A stretch of 64,000 nt of DNA from Acidimicrobiia bacterium. GTDB taxonomy: Bacteria; Actinomycetota; Acidimicrobiia; Spongiisociales; ZC4RG35. Below the pieces are notes generated by a model that saw only the letters and a list, made by a program, of their open reading frames with translations, had not been told where the DNA came from and searched no databases. The DNA is taken from positions 35,943 through 99,942 of the forward strand of contig DATLEZ010000133.1 of the NCBI GenBank assembly GCA_035525055.1, given 5' to 3'. A program made the position numbers and the translations under genes. Positions 45,249-57,026 of the stretch are shown here, in pieces. Each line of letters begins with the position of its first letter. The first letter of the stretch is position 1.

Positions 45249-46648
45249 TGACGACCGCACCTGAGCAGGTCGACCACATGACGGCTTCGTACGCGCGCAT
45301 CCCGCTGGCGGTTCGGATACCGGGCCGCCTGATTGACCAGCTTCCCCAGCGAGTGACCGAACTGCTCGCTTCGACCGAGTGGACCTTCCTCGTCGGTGGC
45401 TGGTCGGAGCCGATCCTGGCCATGCTCCCGGAGTCCTCACGCCAAGCCCAGCTCGAACGCGAACTTGTCATCTTCCGAGCCGCCGGGATCGACCGGGTCG
45501 CCGGGTTCGTGGCCGAAGGCTGGGATCCGGCCCTGGCCTCGCTGTTCGTCGCTCTGGGGGTCAACGAGATATTCGTTGTGTGGCACGATGATCCTCCCCT
45601 CGAGCCAGTTCTCATGGATCACCTCGGAGACGTCGCAACGATCTTCCCGGTCGGCGGCACTCTGAGTCCTCTGCTCAAGAACCCCGGCTCACTGAACGGT
45701 GATCCGGTCCTCCCGACCGAACTTCTGGGGGGAAAGCTCGAGAGGCGAGAACCTCCTATCGACCGAAAGTGGGCGGAGTCGATCTCCGACGACGCCGAGG
45801 GTGGCCTCTTGTACAGGAAGATGCTGCGCCTGGCTCATCGCCTTCCGGAGCGGATGCCACCCGAAGCAACCGAGTGGCTCGAGAGCGCTCAGGCGGGCCA
45901 TTGGTACAAACCTGGGACCGATCGGCACATAGCCCACTCCGCTCTCGCCGCCGCCCGTCACCGGATTGACCTGGGCCGGCGACGCCCCGCCGATTGGACC
46001 CGGTTGTCGGTTCTCGACTGGGACGCCGACGCCTCCGATGAAGTACAGATCGAGACACCCGAACTCTCACTCGTTGTAGACGCGGAGGAAGGACTGGTCC
46101 TCTACGTCGACCACAAGCCCAGCGAGCGGTCAGTGTCCTACCTTCCGGGCCAGGCACCATGGCACATTGCCCAAGCGATGCTCGGCGAGGTAGCGCAGAG
46201 GATGACGTTTGCCCTCACCGGCGTCGAAGAAGACCGGAACCGGGTCGGAGTCACGATGACCAGCCAGGGGGTCGAGGTCGGACTGACAACGAGCCGGAAC
46301 TCGATCGAACTCCAATACCGGATCACGGCCAATTCGGGTTGGCAGCGATTGGGACCGGAGATCTCGTTTTCGTTTTCGGGATCCATCAGGTTCCGACTGG
46401 ATGGCAGCGCCTGGCAGACGGTCACCGAACCCGTGGCGTTGAATGGCCACCGATTCCGACTCGAACATGGGTCCGAGCAGATCCTCGTGACAGCTCTGCA
46501 ACCGGCCGACTTCTTTCTTCGGCCGGTCACCGGGGGCGTCATTGTCTGGGCCAATTGGCCCCTGGCTCTCTCCGGTACGCCCGAGGACGTCCCCCCCGCC
46601 GCCCAGCTCGGCGTCGAGTACCGGATGACGGTGGAGATCACCGGGTGA
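45227..46648 (+). CDS. GH57-family-like protein (4-alpha-glucanotransferase/DUF1925-1926-like), N-terminally divergent
   Basis: 'FLVGGWSEPILAMLP...AGFVAEGWDPALASLFVALGVNEIFVVWHDD' resembles the GH57 'GFYEPVLAAIP...WLTERVW...VVVDD' block, and 'LLYRKMLRL' occurs later. The start is uncertain (45227 GTG or ATG 45278). Confidence 0.45.
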   Translation: MNQVPVVLTTAPEQVDHMTASYARIPLAVRIPGRLIDQLPQRVTELLASTEWTFLVGGWSEPILAMLPESSRQAQLERELVIFRAAGIDRVAGFVAEGWDPALASLFVALGVNEIFVVWHDDPPLEPVLMDHLGDVATIFPVGGTLSPLLKNPGSLNGDPVLPTELLGGKLERREPPIDRKWAESISDDAEGGLLYRKMLRLAHRLPERMPPEATEWLESAQAGHWYKPGTDRHIAHSALAAARHRIDLGRRRPADWTRLSVLDWDADASDEVQIETPELSLVVDAEEGLVLYVDHKPSERSVSYLPGQAPWHIAQAMLGEVAQRMTFALTGVEEDRNRVGVTMTSQGVEVGLTTSRNSIELQYRITANSGWQRLGPEISFSFSGSIRFRLDGSAWQTVTEPVALNGHRFRLEHGSEQILVTALQPADFFLRPVTGGVIVWANWPLALSGTPEDVPPAAQLGVEYRMTVEITG

Positions 46649-46662
46649 GAACCAACCGTCGC

Positions 46663-46681
46663 CGCCAGGCGTCTCCTGGCG
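46663..46681 (+). terminator. Hairpin CGCCAGG-CGTCT-CCTGGCG
   Basis: 7-bp stem read directly, 15 nt after the stop of the upstream gene. Confidence 0.4.
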
Positions 46682-46725
46682 ATGACCGGAATTCTCTGCC
46701 ATCAGAACGGACCCGGGAGCAGCCG

Positions 46726-47235
46726 ATGATGGCAGTCGACACCGGGGAGTTGCCAGTGGTTCGGATGCAGCACACGGCCTTTGAGGCGTTCTACCGCCAG
46801 AACCGACAGCACTTGTTCCGGGCGCTCGCCCTGACGCTGGGAGACCGCGATCTGGCAGCGGACGCCGCCGACGAAGCGATGGCCCGGGCCTATCAACACT
46901 GGCGCACGGTCCAAACATACGACAACCAGGCCGGGTGGGCATATCGGGTCGGCCTCAATTGGGCCCGGTCGCGCCTGCGCAAGCGCAAACGTGAAATCCT
47001 GGCCGACAAGATGCCCGAGGCGCCGACGGAGATCTCCTTCACGGACCCCGACCTTGATCGAGCTGTCAAGGCGCTGCCCGTTGACTCGAGAGCTGTGGTG
47101 GTGCTTCGCCACTACATGGATTGGAGCACCGACGAGGTCGCCCGGGTGTTGCAGATCCGTCCCGGAACGGTCAAGAGCCGTCTCCACCGGGCGATGGCGG
47201 AGCTACGAACGAACCTCGAGGGAATGCAGCCGTGA
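46726..47235 (+). CDS. ECF-type sigma-70 family factor
   Basis: An internal ATG gives 'MMAVDTGELPVVRMQHTAFEAFYRQNRQHLFRALALTLGDRDLAADAADEAMARAY'. Region 4 is 'VVLRHYMDWSTDEVARVLQIRPGTVKSRLHRAM'. Confidence 0.85.
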   Translation: MMAVDTGELPVVRMQHTAFEAFYRQNRQHLFRALALTLGDRDLAADAADEAMARAYQHWRTVQTYDNQAGWAYRVGLNWARSRLRKRKREILADKMPEAPTEISFTDPDLDRAVKALPVDSRAVVVLRHYMDWSTDEVARVLQIRPGTVKSRLHRAMAELRTNLEGMQP

Positions 47236-48761
47236 AGATCGAAGACCGCCTCCGTCGAGAACTCAACGACACCGCCGAGCACCTCGCCCTCGACATAGAT
47301 ACCTACGAGCACGTCCTCGACCTCGGACGCCGTCGACGGCGCTCTCGTCAACTGGCCGCGGCCGTAGGCACCGCCATGATCGTGACCGTCGTCGTGGGCG
47401 TGCTGGCCTTCAGGCCACCCGGCACCTCCGGCCCGATCGTGGCGACGACTACGACCCCGCCTCCGAGCACCACCGCCTCGACGACCGGAAGTCTGATTTC
47501 CGCGACCAAAGGCGTCCTGCTGGCGACTCCGAACGATGGAGTCGTCATCTCTGGTCTTGATGGGACCAGCGGTGCCTTGACGTCGGACAAGTACTACGAG
47601 CCGATCGCCTGGGTGATTTCGGACGGCGCCGGCGGGATCATCTTCCAACACGAGGTCACTCCGCTTCCGTGGGCTCAGGGATCGATTCTCCACCTTCCAA
47701 CCGGAGACGCGAGTCCGACGGTCCTGGTGGGCCCGGATCCGGGAACGCTCATCCGGCCGCTCGACACCGATTCCGGGTTGCTCCTTTACCGGGTCGACTC
47801 GGGCGGTTCCTCCGAGGTCCGGACGATCGACCTCAGCACGCAGGCAATTCAGACGGTGATACCTGCCAGCGAGTTTCTCGTTGGCGCCGGGGCAGAGGAT
47901 GGCGTAGTGGTTTCTGCATTTGGGGGCGACTGCCCGCGGCTCGAGGTCTTCAGCCTGGATGGGTCTGGTCCGGTGATCGCGAACTGGGACGCTGGCAGGT
48001 GCCAGATAGGGTTCATCAACGACCTCGCCTTCAGCGGCGGATACATCTACACGATCGAAGATGGGGACGAGCGCAGCCTGGTCCGGCGTAACTTCTTAAC
48101 CGGCGAGACGGCTTTCGCCCCAATCGGCGACGCCTGGTCGGTGGCTGCTCTTCCCGATGGGACCGTTGCCGTGGGAGGCACGGAGATCATGGTCGGTTCC
48201 TTCCAAGGAGACGCCTTCGTCGAGACCGCCCGGCTGCCAGCGAGTACAAGCTTCACTCTCGCGACGGTTGACGGCTTCCCGGCGGCGACCATCGGCAGCG
48301 GAACCGTCGAACTTCCGTGCACGCCGCTGGAACTGCCGCCGGTCTCCCCGCAGGGCTTGCCTCAGGCCGTAGAGGACCGACGACTATTGATATTCGAAAT
48401 GGCCGCTTCCTGCGACCTCGAAGGATTGGCCGAACTCGCCATCGCCGACGGCACCGTATTCAGCTTCGGGAGCGAAGCAGACCCCCTTCGTTCATGGATA
48501 CGAAGCGCCCGCAACGGCTTCGACGTGATGACGTGGATAGTCCGCCTCTTCAACGCCGACCCGGCCATCGATCCGGTCGGGACCTATGCCTGGCCGGCGG
48601 TTCATGCGACCGGCTCGGACGAGGACTGGAACGCGCTCTCGGGGACCCTCACTGCCGCCGAGTTCGAGCAATACAGCCAGTACCGCGACAGTGGTTGGCT
48701 CGGTCTCAGAATCGGAATCGCCGAGGACGGGACCTGGCGCTACGTCGTCGCCGGCGACTGA
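47232..48761 (+). CDS. Single-pass membrane protein with large extracytoplasmic domain (anti-sigma candidate)
   Basis: GTGA overlap with the sigma gene. TM 'LAAAVGTAMIVTVVVGVLAF', a T/P-rich linker, then about 400 aa of beta-rich sequence. Confidence 0.55.
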   Translation: MKIEDRLRRELNDTAEHLALDIDTYEHVLDLGRRRRRSRQLAAAVGTAMIVTVVVGVLAFRPPGTSGPIVATTTTPPPSTTASTTGSLISATKGVLLATPNDGVVISGLDGTSGALTSDKYYEPIAWVISDGAGGIIFQHEVTPLPWAQGSILHLPTGDASPTVLVGPDPGTLIRPLDTDSGLLLYRVDSGGSSEVRTIDLSTQAIQTVIPASEFLVGAGAEDGVVVSAFGGDCPRLEVFSLDGSGPVIANWDAGRCQIGFINDLAFSGGYIYTIEDGDERSLVRRNFLTGETAFAPIGDAWSVAALPDGTVAVGGTEIMVGSFQGDAFVETARLPASTSFTLATVDGFPAATIGSGTVELPCTPLELPPVSPQGLPQAVEDRRLLIFEMAASCDLEGLAELAIADGTVFSFGSEADPLRSWIRSARNGFDVMTWIVRLFNADPAIDPVGTYAWPAVHATGSDEDWNALSGTLTAAEFEQYSQYRDSGWLGLRIGIAEDGTWRYVVAGD

Positions 48762-48771
48762 ACGCCCCCGT

Positions 48772-49536
48772 TCACCGACCCAACCGATCCATCACCCGCA
48801 GCAGCTCCATCGGCAGTGGGAAGATGAGCGTCGAGTTCTGCTCAGCTGCAACCTCCGTCATGGTCTGAAGCATGCGGAGTTGGATCCCAGCAGGATGCGC
48901 CTCCAGTAATCCTGCCGCGTCAGCGAGAGTCTCCGCTGCTTCTTTCTCACCCAGAGCGTGGATGACCTTCGCTCTCCGTTCCCTTTCGGCCTCTGCCTGG
49001 CGGGCCATGGCCCGGCGCATCGAATCGGGGAGCTCGACATCCTTGACCTCGACCAGTGCCACCTTCACCCCCCAGGGATCGGTAAGGGCGTCAATGGTCT
49101 GCTGCAGGTTCTGGTTGATCTCGTCGCGGTTTATGAGCAGTTCATCGAGGGTGGCCTGACCGATGTTGGATCGCAACGTCGTCTGGGCAATCTGGGAAGT
49201 CGCGAACCTGTAGTCCTCGATCTCCAATATGGCGCGGGACGGATCAAGTACTCGGAAGTAGGTAACTGCGTTCACCTTCACAGTCACGTTGTCCCTCGTG
49301 ATTATGTCCTGGGGAGGAATATCCATAGTCACCGTCCGCAGGCTCACTCGTACAAGGCGGTCGACCACCGGGATCAGAAATATCAGGCCGGGCCCTCGGG
49401 GGGGACCGGTTACGCGTCCCAGCCGGAAGACAACTCCCCGCTCATATTCAGGGAGAATCCGAATTGCCGCCCTGAGGATCGTGATCAAGACCGTCACCGC
49501 CAGGGCCACGCCCACCAATCCGTCAAACGTCATCAT
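48772..49536 (-). CDS. SPFH/band-7 (stomatin-like) protein
   Basis: '[17 protein letters not shown]', '[15 protein letters not shown]' and '[17 protein letters not shown]'. Confidence 0.9.
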   Translation of the reverse strand: MMTFDGLVGVALAVTVLITILRAAIRILPEYERGVVFRLGRVTGPPRGPGLIFLIPVVDRLVRVSLRTVTMDIPPQDIITRDNVTVKVNAVTYFRVLDPSRAILEIEDYRFATSQIAQTTLRSNIGQATLDELLINRDEINQNLQQTIDALTDPWGVKVALVEVKDVELPDSMRRAMARQAEAERERRAKVIHALGEKEAAETLADAAGLLEAHPAGIQLRMLQTMTEVAAEQNSTLIFPLPMELLRVMDRLGR

Positions 49537-50863
49537 GAACCTCCTCTACCACCAGTCGGATGCCTTCTCTTCCAATCACTTTCGCCTCCGATCCATCGTT
49601 GAGCTCTTGTTGCGACTCGAGGTCCCACCAGGTCCCGTCGAGAAAAGCGGTGTAGCGCCCGCCGCGCACTTTGACCGTGACCGGCCTCCCCACCAGCGTT
49701 TCGGCGCCGGTCGTTGGCGGGCGCCGCCTGGCGACCAGGGCCGCCCGGCCTGCCACAGCGCTGGCAGCGCCAAGGACGAGGGCGCTGGGCCACACCAGCA
49801 CCGGACTGACTCTGACAGTGCCATCTTGAAAGAGAAAAAGACCACTCAGAAGAAGAGCGACGGCTCCTCCTCCGGCGAGGACACCCACCCCGGGGACGAA
49901 TAACTCGGCCACCAGCAGAGCCACGGCCAGGACAAATAGTGCAATTCCTGCGGCCTGCACCGGGAGCACGCTCAACGCAAAGAAAGCGAGAATCAACATG
50001 ATCACTCCGGCTATCCCCGAGAACCCGAGGCCAGGATTGGCGGCCTCGTAGATAACGGCGAGGGTCCCAATCGAAAGAAAAATGAAGGCGAGGTTGGGAT
50101 CGGCGATTCGGCCCAGGATCCCTCTGAGGGGACCGAGCTCTCTGCGCTCGACGGTGGCGCCGGCAGTCGAAAGAGTCACGCCAAGCGGTTCGATGGTCAG
50201 GCCGTCGATCTGCAGCAGAAGGTCATCGAGATCGTCGGCTATTAGATCGACGACTCCCGACTCGACCGCTTCTCGTGAGCTCACCGAGCTCCCCTCCCGA
50301 ACCGAGGCCTCGGCGAACTCGACGCTGCGACCTCGATGCTCCGCCACCGAGACGGCAAACGCCACTGCGTCATTGATGATCTTGTCGGTGATCTCGCCGC
50401 CCTGTAGATCGACGGGCGTAGCCGCCCCGATCGCGGTGGCGGGGGCCATGGCGGCCACGTTGGCGGCCATGGTGATGAACGTGCCCGCCGAGGCGGCCCT
50501 GGCCCCCTCCGGGCTCACATAGACCACGGTCGGAATGCTGGCATTCAGCAAGGACTGGACGATCTCTCGCATCGAGACATCGAGGCCTCCCGGAGTGTCA
50601 ATGGTGACGATCAGCAATTGAAACCCTTCGCTCTCAGCTTCGGCGACAGCGTCGTCGACATAGTCAGCAACGACCGGAGTGATTGCACCGTCCACCTCGA
50701 TCAGCAAGACACTCGCCTCCTGCCCCAGAGCCAGTTCCGTCGGAGGTACCTGTGCCTGTACAGACCCGCCCGCCAGCCCGGTCATCGCGAGCCCGAGAAG
50801 AACCATCAAGAGGCGACCGGCGTGGGTGCGTCGAGCTTCAGTCATCGAGCTGATCGTCACCAA
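49523..50863 (-). CDS. NfeD-family membrane-bound serine protease (ClpP-class N-domain + NfeD OB C-domain)
   Basis: Signal sequence, 'IDTPGGL', multiple TM segments and a C-terminal OB-like '[24 protein letters not shown]'. It overlaps the SPFH gene. Confidence 0.85.
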   Translation of the reverse strand: MVTISSMTEARRTHAGRLLMVLLGLAMTGLAGGSVQAQVPPTELALGQEASVLLIEVDGAITPVVADYVDDAVAEAESEGFQLLIVTIDTPGGLDVSMREIVQSLLNASIPTVVYVSPEGARAASAGTFITMAANVAAMAPATAIGAATPVDLQGGEITDKIINDAVAFAVSVAEHRGRSVEFAEASVREGSSVSSREAVESGVVDLIADDLDDLLLQIDGLTIEPLGVTLSTAGATVERRELGPLRGILGRIADPNLAFIFLSIGTLAVIYEAANPGLGFSGIAGVIMLILAFFALSVLPVQAAGIALFVLAVALLVAELFVPGVGVLAGGGAVALLLSGLFLFQDGTVRVSPVLVWPSALVLGAASAVAGRAALVARRRPPTTGAETLVGRPVTVKVRGGRYTAFLDGTWWDLESQQELNDGSEAKVIGREGIRLVVEEVHDDV

Positions 50864-51920
50864 TATCTTCGTCCCCGAGGACGGAATGGAGGTTCTGGAA
50901 GACCGTCTCGAGATCGGTCAACGCCACGCTTTCAGCTACCTGATGGGCCCGGGCGGCTTCACCGGGGCCATAGTTCACTGCCGGCACGCCATAGACCCCG
51001 AACCGGGCTACATCGGTCCACCCCTGCTTGGCCGCCCTCGGCGCCCCTGAGACTTTCGCCAGCTTGGTCACGAAAGGTGTGTCTACGCGGACCGGACCAG
51101 ATGGGGCGGAGTCGGTGATGACGAAGCCATCCGCCTCCGAGCACACCTCGGCCAGATACGCCTCGGCTTCCTTAAGCGAGCGAGTGGGGGGAAAGCGGTA
51201 ATTCACGTTCAGGTCGAATCGAGGAGGAATGATGTTGTTGGCGATCCCGCCCGAGGCTCTCGTGACCGAGATCACCTCTCGATAGACCATGCCGTCGATG
51301 TCGACTTCCGCCGGCTCCAGCTGGTGCAGCCGTGTCATCCACTCCCCTGCCTTGGTGACGGCGTTCTCGCCCAACCAGGGTCGGGCGGAATGAGCCGACT
51401 TGCCTTCGAAAGAGACGGTGGCGTTGATGATCCCGTTGCACCCGATTTGGAGCTCGCCGTCAGAAGGCTCGAGCACGACAGCGAACTCAGCCTGAGACAC
51501 CCAGGCTGCCCTGGTGAGGACCTCCTCCAGTTGATTGCCGGACGACGGTCCTTCCTCGCCTGCGTAGAAGATCCCGAAGACGTCGTATGGGCCTGCCTGG
51601 ATGCCGGGATCTTCGAGAAGGTGGATCATGACTGCGAGCCCCGCCTTCATATCCGCGGCACCGAGTCCGTGGAGGCGGCCTCCTGCGACATGAGCCGGGT
51701 CCTGTCCCTGCGACGGAACTGTGTCGAGGTGCCCCGCCAGCAGCAGCAGGGGCCGGCCGGTTCGCCGCCCGACGATCAACGAGTCGCTGAAACGAACCAC
51801 TGCGTCCCGTCCCAGCGACGGGTAAAGCCGAGTTGCGATCGCAGTGCAGATCCGGCCTTCGTCACCGGTGACAGAGGGGATGTCAACCAGCCACGTCAGC
51901 GTGTCCTCGAATGTCTTCAA
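50838..51920 (-). CDS. dapE: Succinyl-diaminopimelate desuccinylase (M20 family)
   Basis: 'LLLAGHLDTVP', 'GLGAADMKAG' and 'EEG' motifs. It lies in a dapD/aminotransferase context. Confidence 0.8.
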   Translation of the reverse strand: MKTFEDTLTWLVDIPSVTGDEGRICTAIATRLYPSLGRDAVVRFSDSLIVGRRTGRPLLLLAGHLDTVPSQGQDPAHVAGGRLHGLGAADMKAGLAVMIHLLEDPGIQAGPYDVFGIFYAGEEGPSSGNQLEEVLTRAAWVSQAEFAVVLEPSDGELQIGCNGIINATVSFEGKSAHSARPWLGENAVTKAGEWMTRLHQLEPAEVDIDGMVYREVISVTRASGGIANNIIPPRFDLNVNYRFPPTRSLKEAEAYLAEVCSEADGFVITDSAPSGPVRVDTPFVTKLAKVSGAPRAAKQGWTDVARFGVYGVPAVNYGPGEAARAHQVAESVALTDLETVFQNLHSVLGDEDIGDDQLDD

Positions 51921-52720
51921 ATCTGCACCCCAAGCTCGCGGAGGAATTCGTTGAGGTTGGTCTTCTCGTCGGTCTTCTCGCTGCGCTGGCCGATGATCAA
52001 CGCACAGGAGAGCTCATAGGTCCCGGCCGGGAATTCCTTGGGCCTGGTGCCGGGCACCACAACCGACCCCGCCGGGACGCGGCCCCGATACTCGACGGGT
52101 TCCGGCCCGGTGACGTCGATGATCGGAGTGCTGGCGGCTATCACCGTGTTGGCCCCGAGGACGGCCCGCTCCTCGATCAACACGCCCTCGACCACGATCG
52201 AGCGACTGCCGATGAAGGCCCCGTCTTCGACGATCACTGGTCGCGCCCCGGCCGGTTCCAACACTCCCCCGATTCCGACCCCTCCCGATAGGTGGACGTT
52301 GCTTCCGATCTGGGCGCACGAACCCACCGTTGCCCAGGTATCGACCATGGTGCCTGCACCGACCCGGGCACCGATATTGACATAGCCCGGCATGACGATC
52401 ACCCCCGGTTCGCAGTGGGCGCCATATCGGATGACACCCGGCGGAACCACCCGGACTCCTTGTTTCGCCAGGTTCTTCTTCATTGGGATCTTGTCGTGGT
52501 ACTCGAAGGGCCCGGCCTCGAAGGTGGTCATCTTCTGCAGCCTGAAATAGAGCAGGATTGCCTGCTTCAGCCAGCCATTCACCCGCCACTCCCCGCCGAC
52601 TTTCTCGGCCACGCGGACAGCGCCGGCATCGAGGTCGGCGATCGCCTGGTCGACTGCGGACCGGGCGTCCTCAAGTCGGATCTCTCCCGTGAAGGCGGCT
52701 TCGATCAGCGTCCGAGACAT
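51917..52720 (-). CDS. dapD: Tetrahydrodipicolinate N-succinyltransferase
   Basis: 'NGWLKQAILLYFRL', 'YHDKIPMKK' and left-handed beta-helix hexapeptide repeats. Confidence 0.85.
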   Translation of the reverse strand: MSRTLIEAAFTGEIRLEDARSAVDQAIADLDAGAVRVAEKVGGEWRVNGWLKQAILLYFRLQKMTTFEAGPFEYHDKIPMKKNLAKQGVRVVPPGVIRYGAHCEPGVIVMPGYVNIGARVGAGTMVDTWATVGSCAQIGSNVHLSGGVGIGGVLEPAGARPVIVEDGAFIGSRSIVVEGVLIEERAVLGANTVIAASTPIIDVTGPEPVEYRGRVPAGSVVVPGTRPKEFPAGTYELSCALIIGQRSEKTDEKTNLNEFLRELGVQI

Positions 52721-53877
52721 GCCGCCAGCGCTTCCGCCGCTTCCTCACACTGGTCAAGGGTGGGAACCAGCGCGAGCCGGATGTAGCCCACCCCGCCTGG
52801 TCCGAAGCCCCGGCCCGGAGTGACGAGAATGCCGTCGTTGAGCAGTCGCTCGCTCACAACGACATCATCGTCGACTTCCACCCATAGGTGGATTCCGGCC
52901 ACCGATCCTGAGATCTGATAGCCGAGCGAATCGAAGGCTTTCGCCAGGATCGCCCGCTTTTGCCGAAAAATGTCACGTCGCTCGGCCACATGATCGTCGT
53001 CAGCCCATGCCGCGATGGCGGCCGACTGGATGAACTCGGGAGAGGCCGTTCCCGTGGCGGTTCTTAGGGACTTGATGGCCTTGATGGCCTCGGGGTCACC
53101 GACGATGGCACCCGACCGGTAGCCGGTCATACCGGAGCGCTTGGAAAGCGATAGAAACGAGAGACACCCGGCCGACCCCGGACCCGCGATCTGCAGAATC
53201 GAGCTGGGCGGAGCTTCGTCGTAGAGATCGGCATAACACTCGTCGGAACAGAGCAAGGTGTCGTACTGGCGGGCTCGTTCGTAGAGCACCCCCAGGTCGG
53301 CGGCAGAAGTCACCGAACCGGCCGGGTTGTGGGGGGTGCAAATCCACAGCATGGCGGCTTGCTGCCAGATCGGATCGGGAATGTCGGACGCCCGCAACAC
53401 GAAGTCACCTGACACCTTGACCGGATAAGGGGTAGCTCCCGAGAGCACCGCCCCCCGTTGATATATCGGATAGCCGGGCGTGGGCCACGCCACAACGTCC
53501 GAACGGTTCCGATCGACGAAGGCGAGGTGGCTGGAAAATATCGACTCCTTGCCGCCCGAGGTCGGCATCACCTGGGTTGACGGATCGATCTCTACTCCGA
53601 ACCGGCGCACCACGTACCCTGCGATGGCATCACGCAGTTCCGGGAGCCCCGACGTGGTGGGATACTGCGACACCGCCGGAATCGCTTCCTTGGCGGCCTC
53701 GATGATGAACCGGGCGGTCGGCTCTCGCGGATCTCCGATGGAGAAGTCGAACATCGGGCGGCCGTCGGCCCGCATCTGTCGGGCCATCTCCTGAAGCCGG
53801 CCGATCGAATACTCGCCCAGCGCGGTAAGCGACGGATTGATCCTCATCAGTCCTGACGGTAGCTGGGTTGGCCTCAA
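52705..53877 (-). CDS. dapC: PLP-dependent aminotransferase class I/II (succinyldiaminopimelate aminotransferase candidate)
   Basis: 'FSIGDPREP', 'NPAGSV' and 'SLSKRSGMTGYRSG' (PLP lysine). The assignment comes from operon context. An alternative start is at 53847. Confidence 0.6.
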   Translation of the reverse strand: MRPTQLPSGLMRINPSLTALGEYSIGRLQEMARQMRADGRPMFDFSIGDPREPTARFIIEAAKEAIPAVSQYPTTSGLPELRDAIAGYVVRRFGVEIDPSTQVMPTSGGKESIFSSHLAFVDRNRSDVVAWPTPGYPIYQRGAVLSGATPYPVKVSGDFVLRASDIPDPIWQQAAMLWICTPHNPAGSVTSAADLGVLYERARQYDTLLCSDECYADLYDEAPPSSILQIAGPGSAGCLSFLSLSKRSGMTGYRSGAIVGDPEAIKAIKSLRTATGTASPEFIQSAAIAAWADDDHVAERRDIFRQKRAILAKAFDSLGYQISGSVAGIHLWVEVDDDVVVSERLLNDGILVTPGRGFGPGGVGYIRLALVPTLDQCEEAAEALAACLGR

Positions 53878-53960
53878 CGCTTTTGCCAGGGAATCGGGGC
53901 CCTTAACCTGGGTCGGGCTCCAACCAGGATCGAAATATCAATCGGCATTCAGGAAAACAT

Positions 53961-54380
53961 GTGGCGAATCCGTCGACAGGCTCGATTCCATACCGATTGG
54001 TGTACGTAGGGCTGGGGCTGATAGTGGTGGCGTCGGTGGCCCTGGCGGTCGCTTTTGGTGGCGGCGGGGAACCGGTCACTCTCCCTGCGGTCGTTGAGTC
54101 GCTCGGCCCTGGCCCCGGAGACTCCGCCCTTGCCCAAGCCATCATCGAGGTCGACCTGCAGCCAGGCTTTCTCGCCCAGATATTCATCGATGGGTTTCCG
54201 ATCCCGCCGGGCGAAGTCACCTTCGTCGAGGCCACCGGCGTCCACCGATGGCAACCCGCCCCGACCAGCCTGGTCTTCGATCGCTGGTCGCCGGGTGAAC
54301 ACGAGGTGCGGATTGTTTGGGACAGCCTCGCCGGACTCCCCCAACCCGGCGAGTTCTCGTGGACCTTCCGGGTCCAGTAG
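53961..54380 (+). CDS. Membrane-anchored hypothetical protein
   Basis: 139 aa. TM 'LVYVGLGLIVVASVALAVAF' followed by a beta-rich domain. Confidence 0.5.
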   Translation: MANPSTGSIPYRLVYVGLGLIVVASVALAVAFGGGGEPVTLPAVVESLGPGPGDSALAQAIIEVDLQPGFLAQIFIDGFPIPPGEVTFVEATGVHRWQPAPTSLVFDRWSPGEHEVRIVWDSLAGLPQPGEFSWTFRVQ

Positions 54381-54412
54381 GCCCCGGATCCGGTTCTCCC
54401 TACCCGGCTGTT

Positions 54413-56524
<2,112 letters not shown>

Positions 56525-56879
56525 CTATGGATGTTCAGATGCAGCCAAGATCAGCGAAGAAGGGATCCGCCCGTCATCGGTCCGCCTCGCAATTTGGCGG
56601 CTGGCTCCCGCTGAATCCGTAATTCGGTTTGAGAGTCCCGGAAACCGGGAGTGTGGGGCCAGGTTTCGTCTGATCCGGGAGCGGTGAGCCAAATTTGGCG
56701 ACGGGCCAGCTGTATCCGATTCCTTGGCTGATGGATTGGAGAATCCTCAAGCCTTGGAAGGTCGAACCCGTGCCTTCGCTCCATCTGACCCACTACCGGC
56801 GTCGGCTGCCCTCCCCCTACGACAAGGAAACCCATGGTCAGCTACATTTGTGGGCCCCCAGCCAACGTGGTCAAACCGT

Positions 56880-57026
56880 CTACCAGGGCTCTTCGGCGAT
56901 CATCTGGATCGTCGATTCGTCGGCCCAAGCCGCCTCGTCATCCGTTGGGGGAGTCGCCGTGTAACCCTCAACGATGGCGGCGGCAATATGGCCCCGAGCG
57001 ACCTTGTCGAGTTCATACCATTTCAT
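56880..57026 (-). CDS. Small acidic hypothetical protein (48 aa), translationally coupled to mnmA
   Basis: Not in the ORF track because it is under 60 aa. The ATG overlaps the mnmA stop (gtATGA). Translation: 'MKWYELDKVARGHIAAAIVEGYTATPPTDDEAAWADESTIQMIAEEPW', ending in TAG. Third-position GC is similar to neighbouring genes. Confidence 0.4.
   Translation of the reverse strand: MKWYELDKVARGHIAAAIVEGYTATPPTDDEAAWADESTIQMIAEEPW

Noticed and set aside
46455-46470. Third SOS-like box, TCGAACATGGGTCCGA.
   Set aside because: It has one mismatch in the right arm and lies deep inside a coding region with no promoter context. This is likely a chance match.
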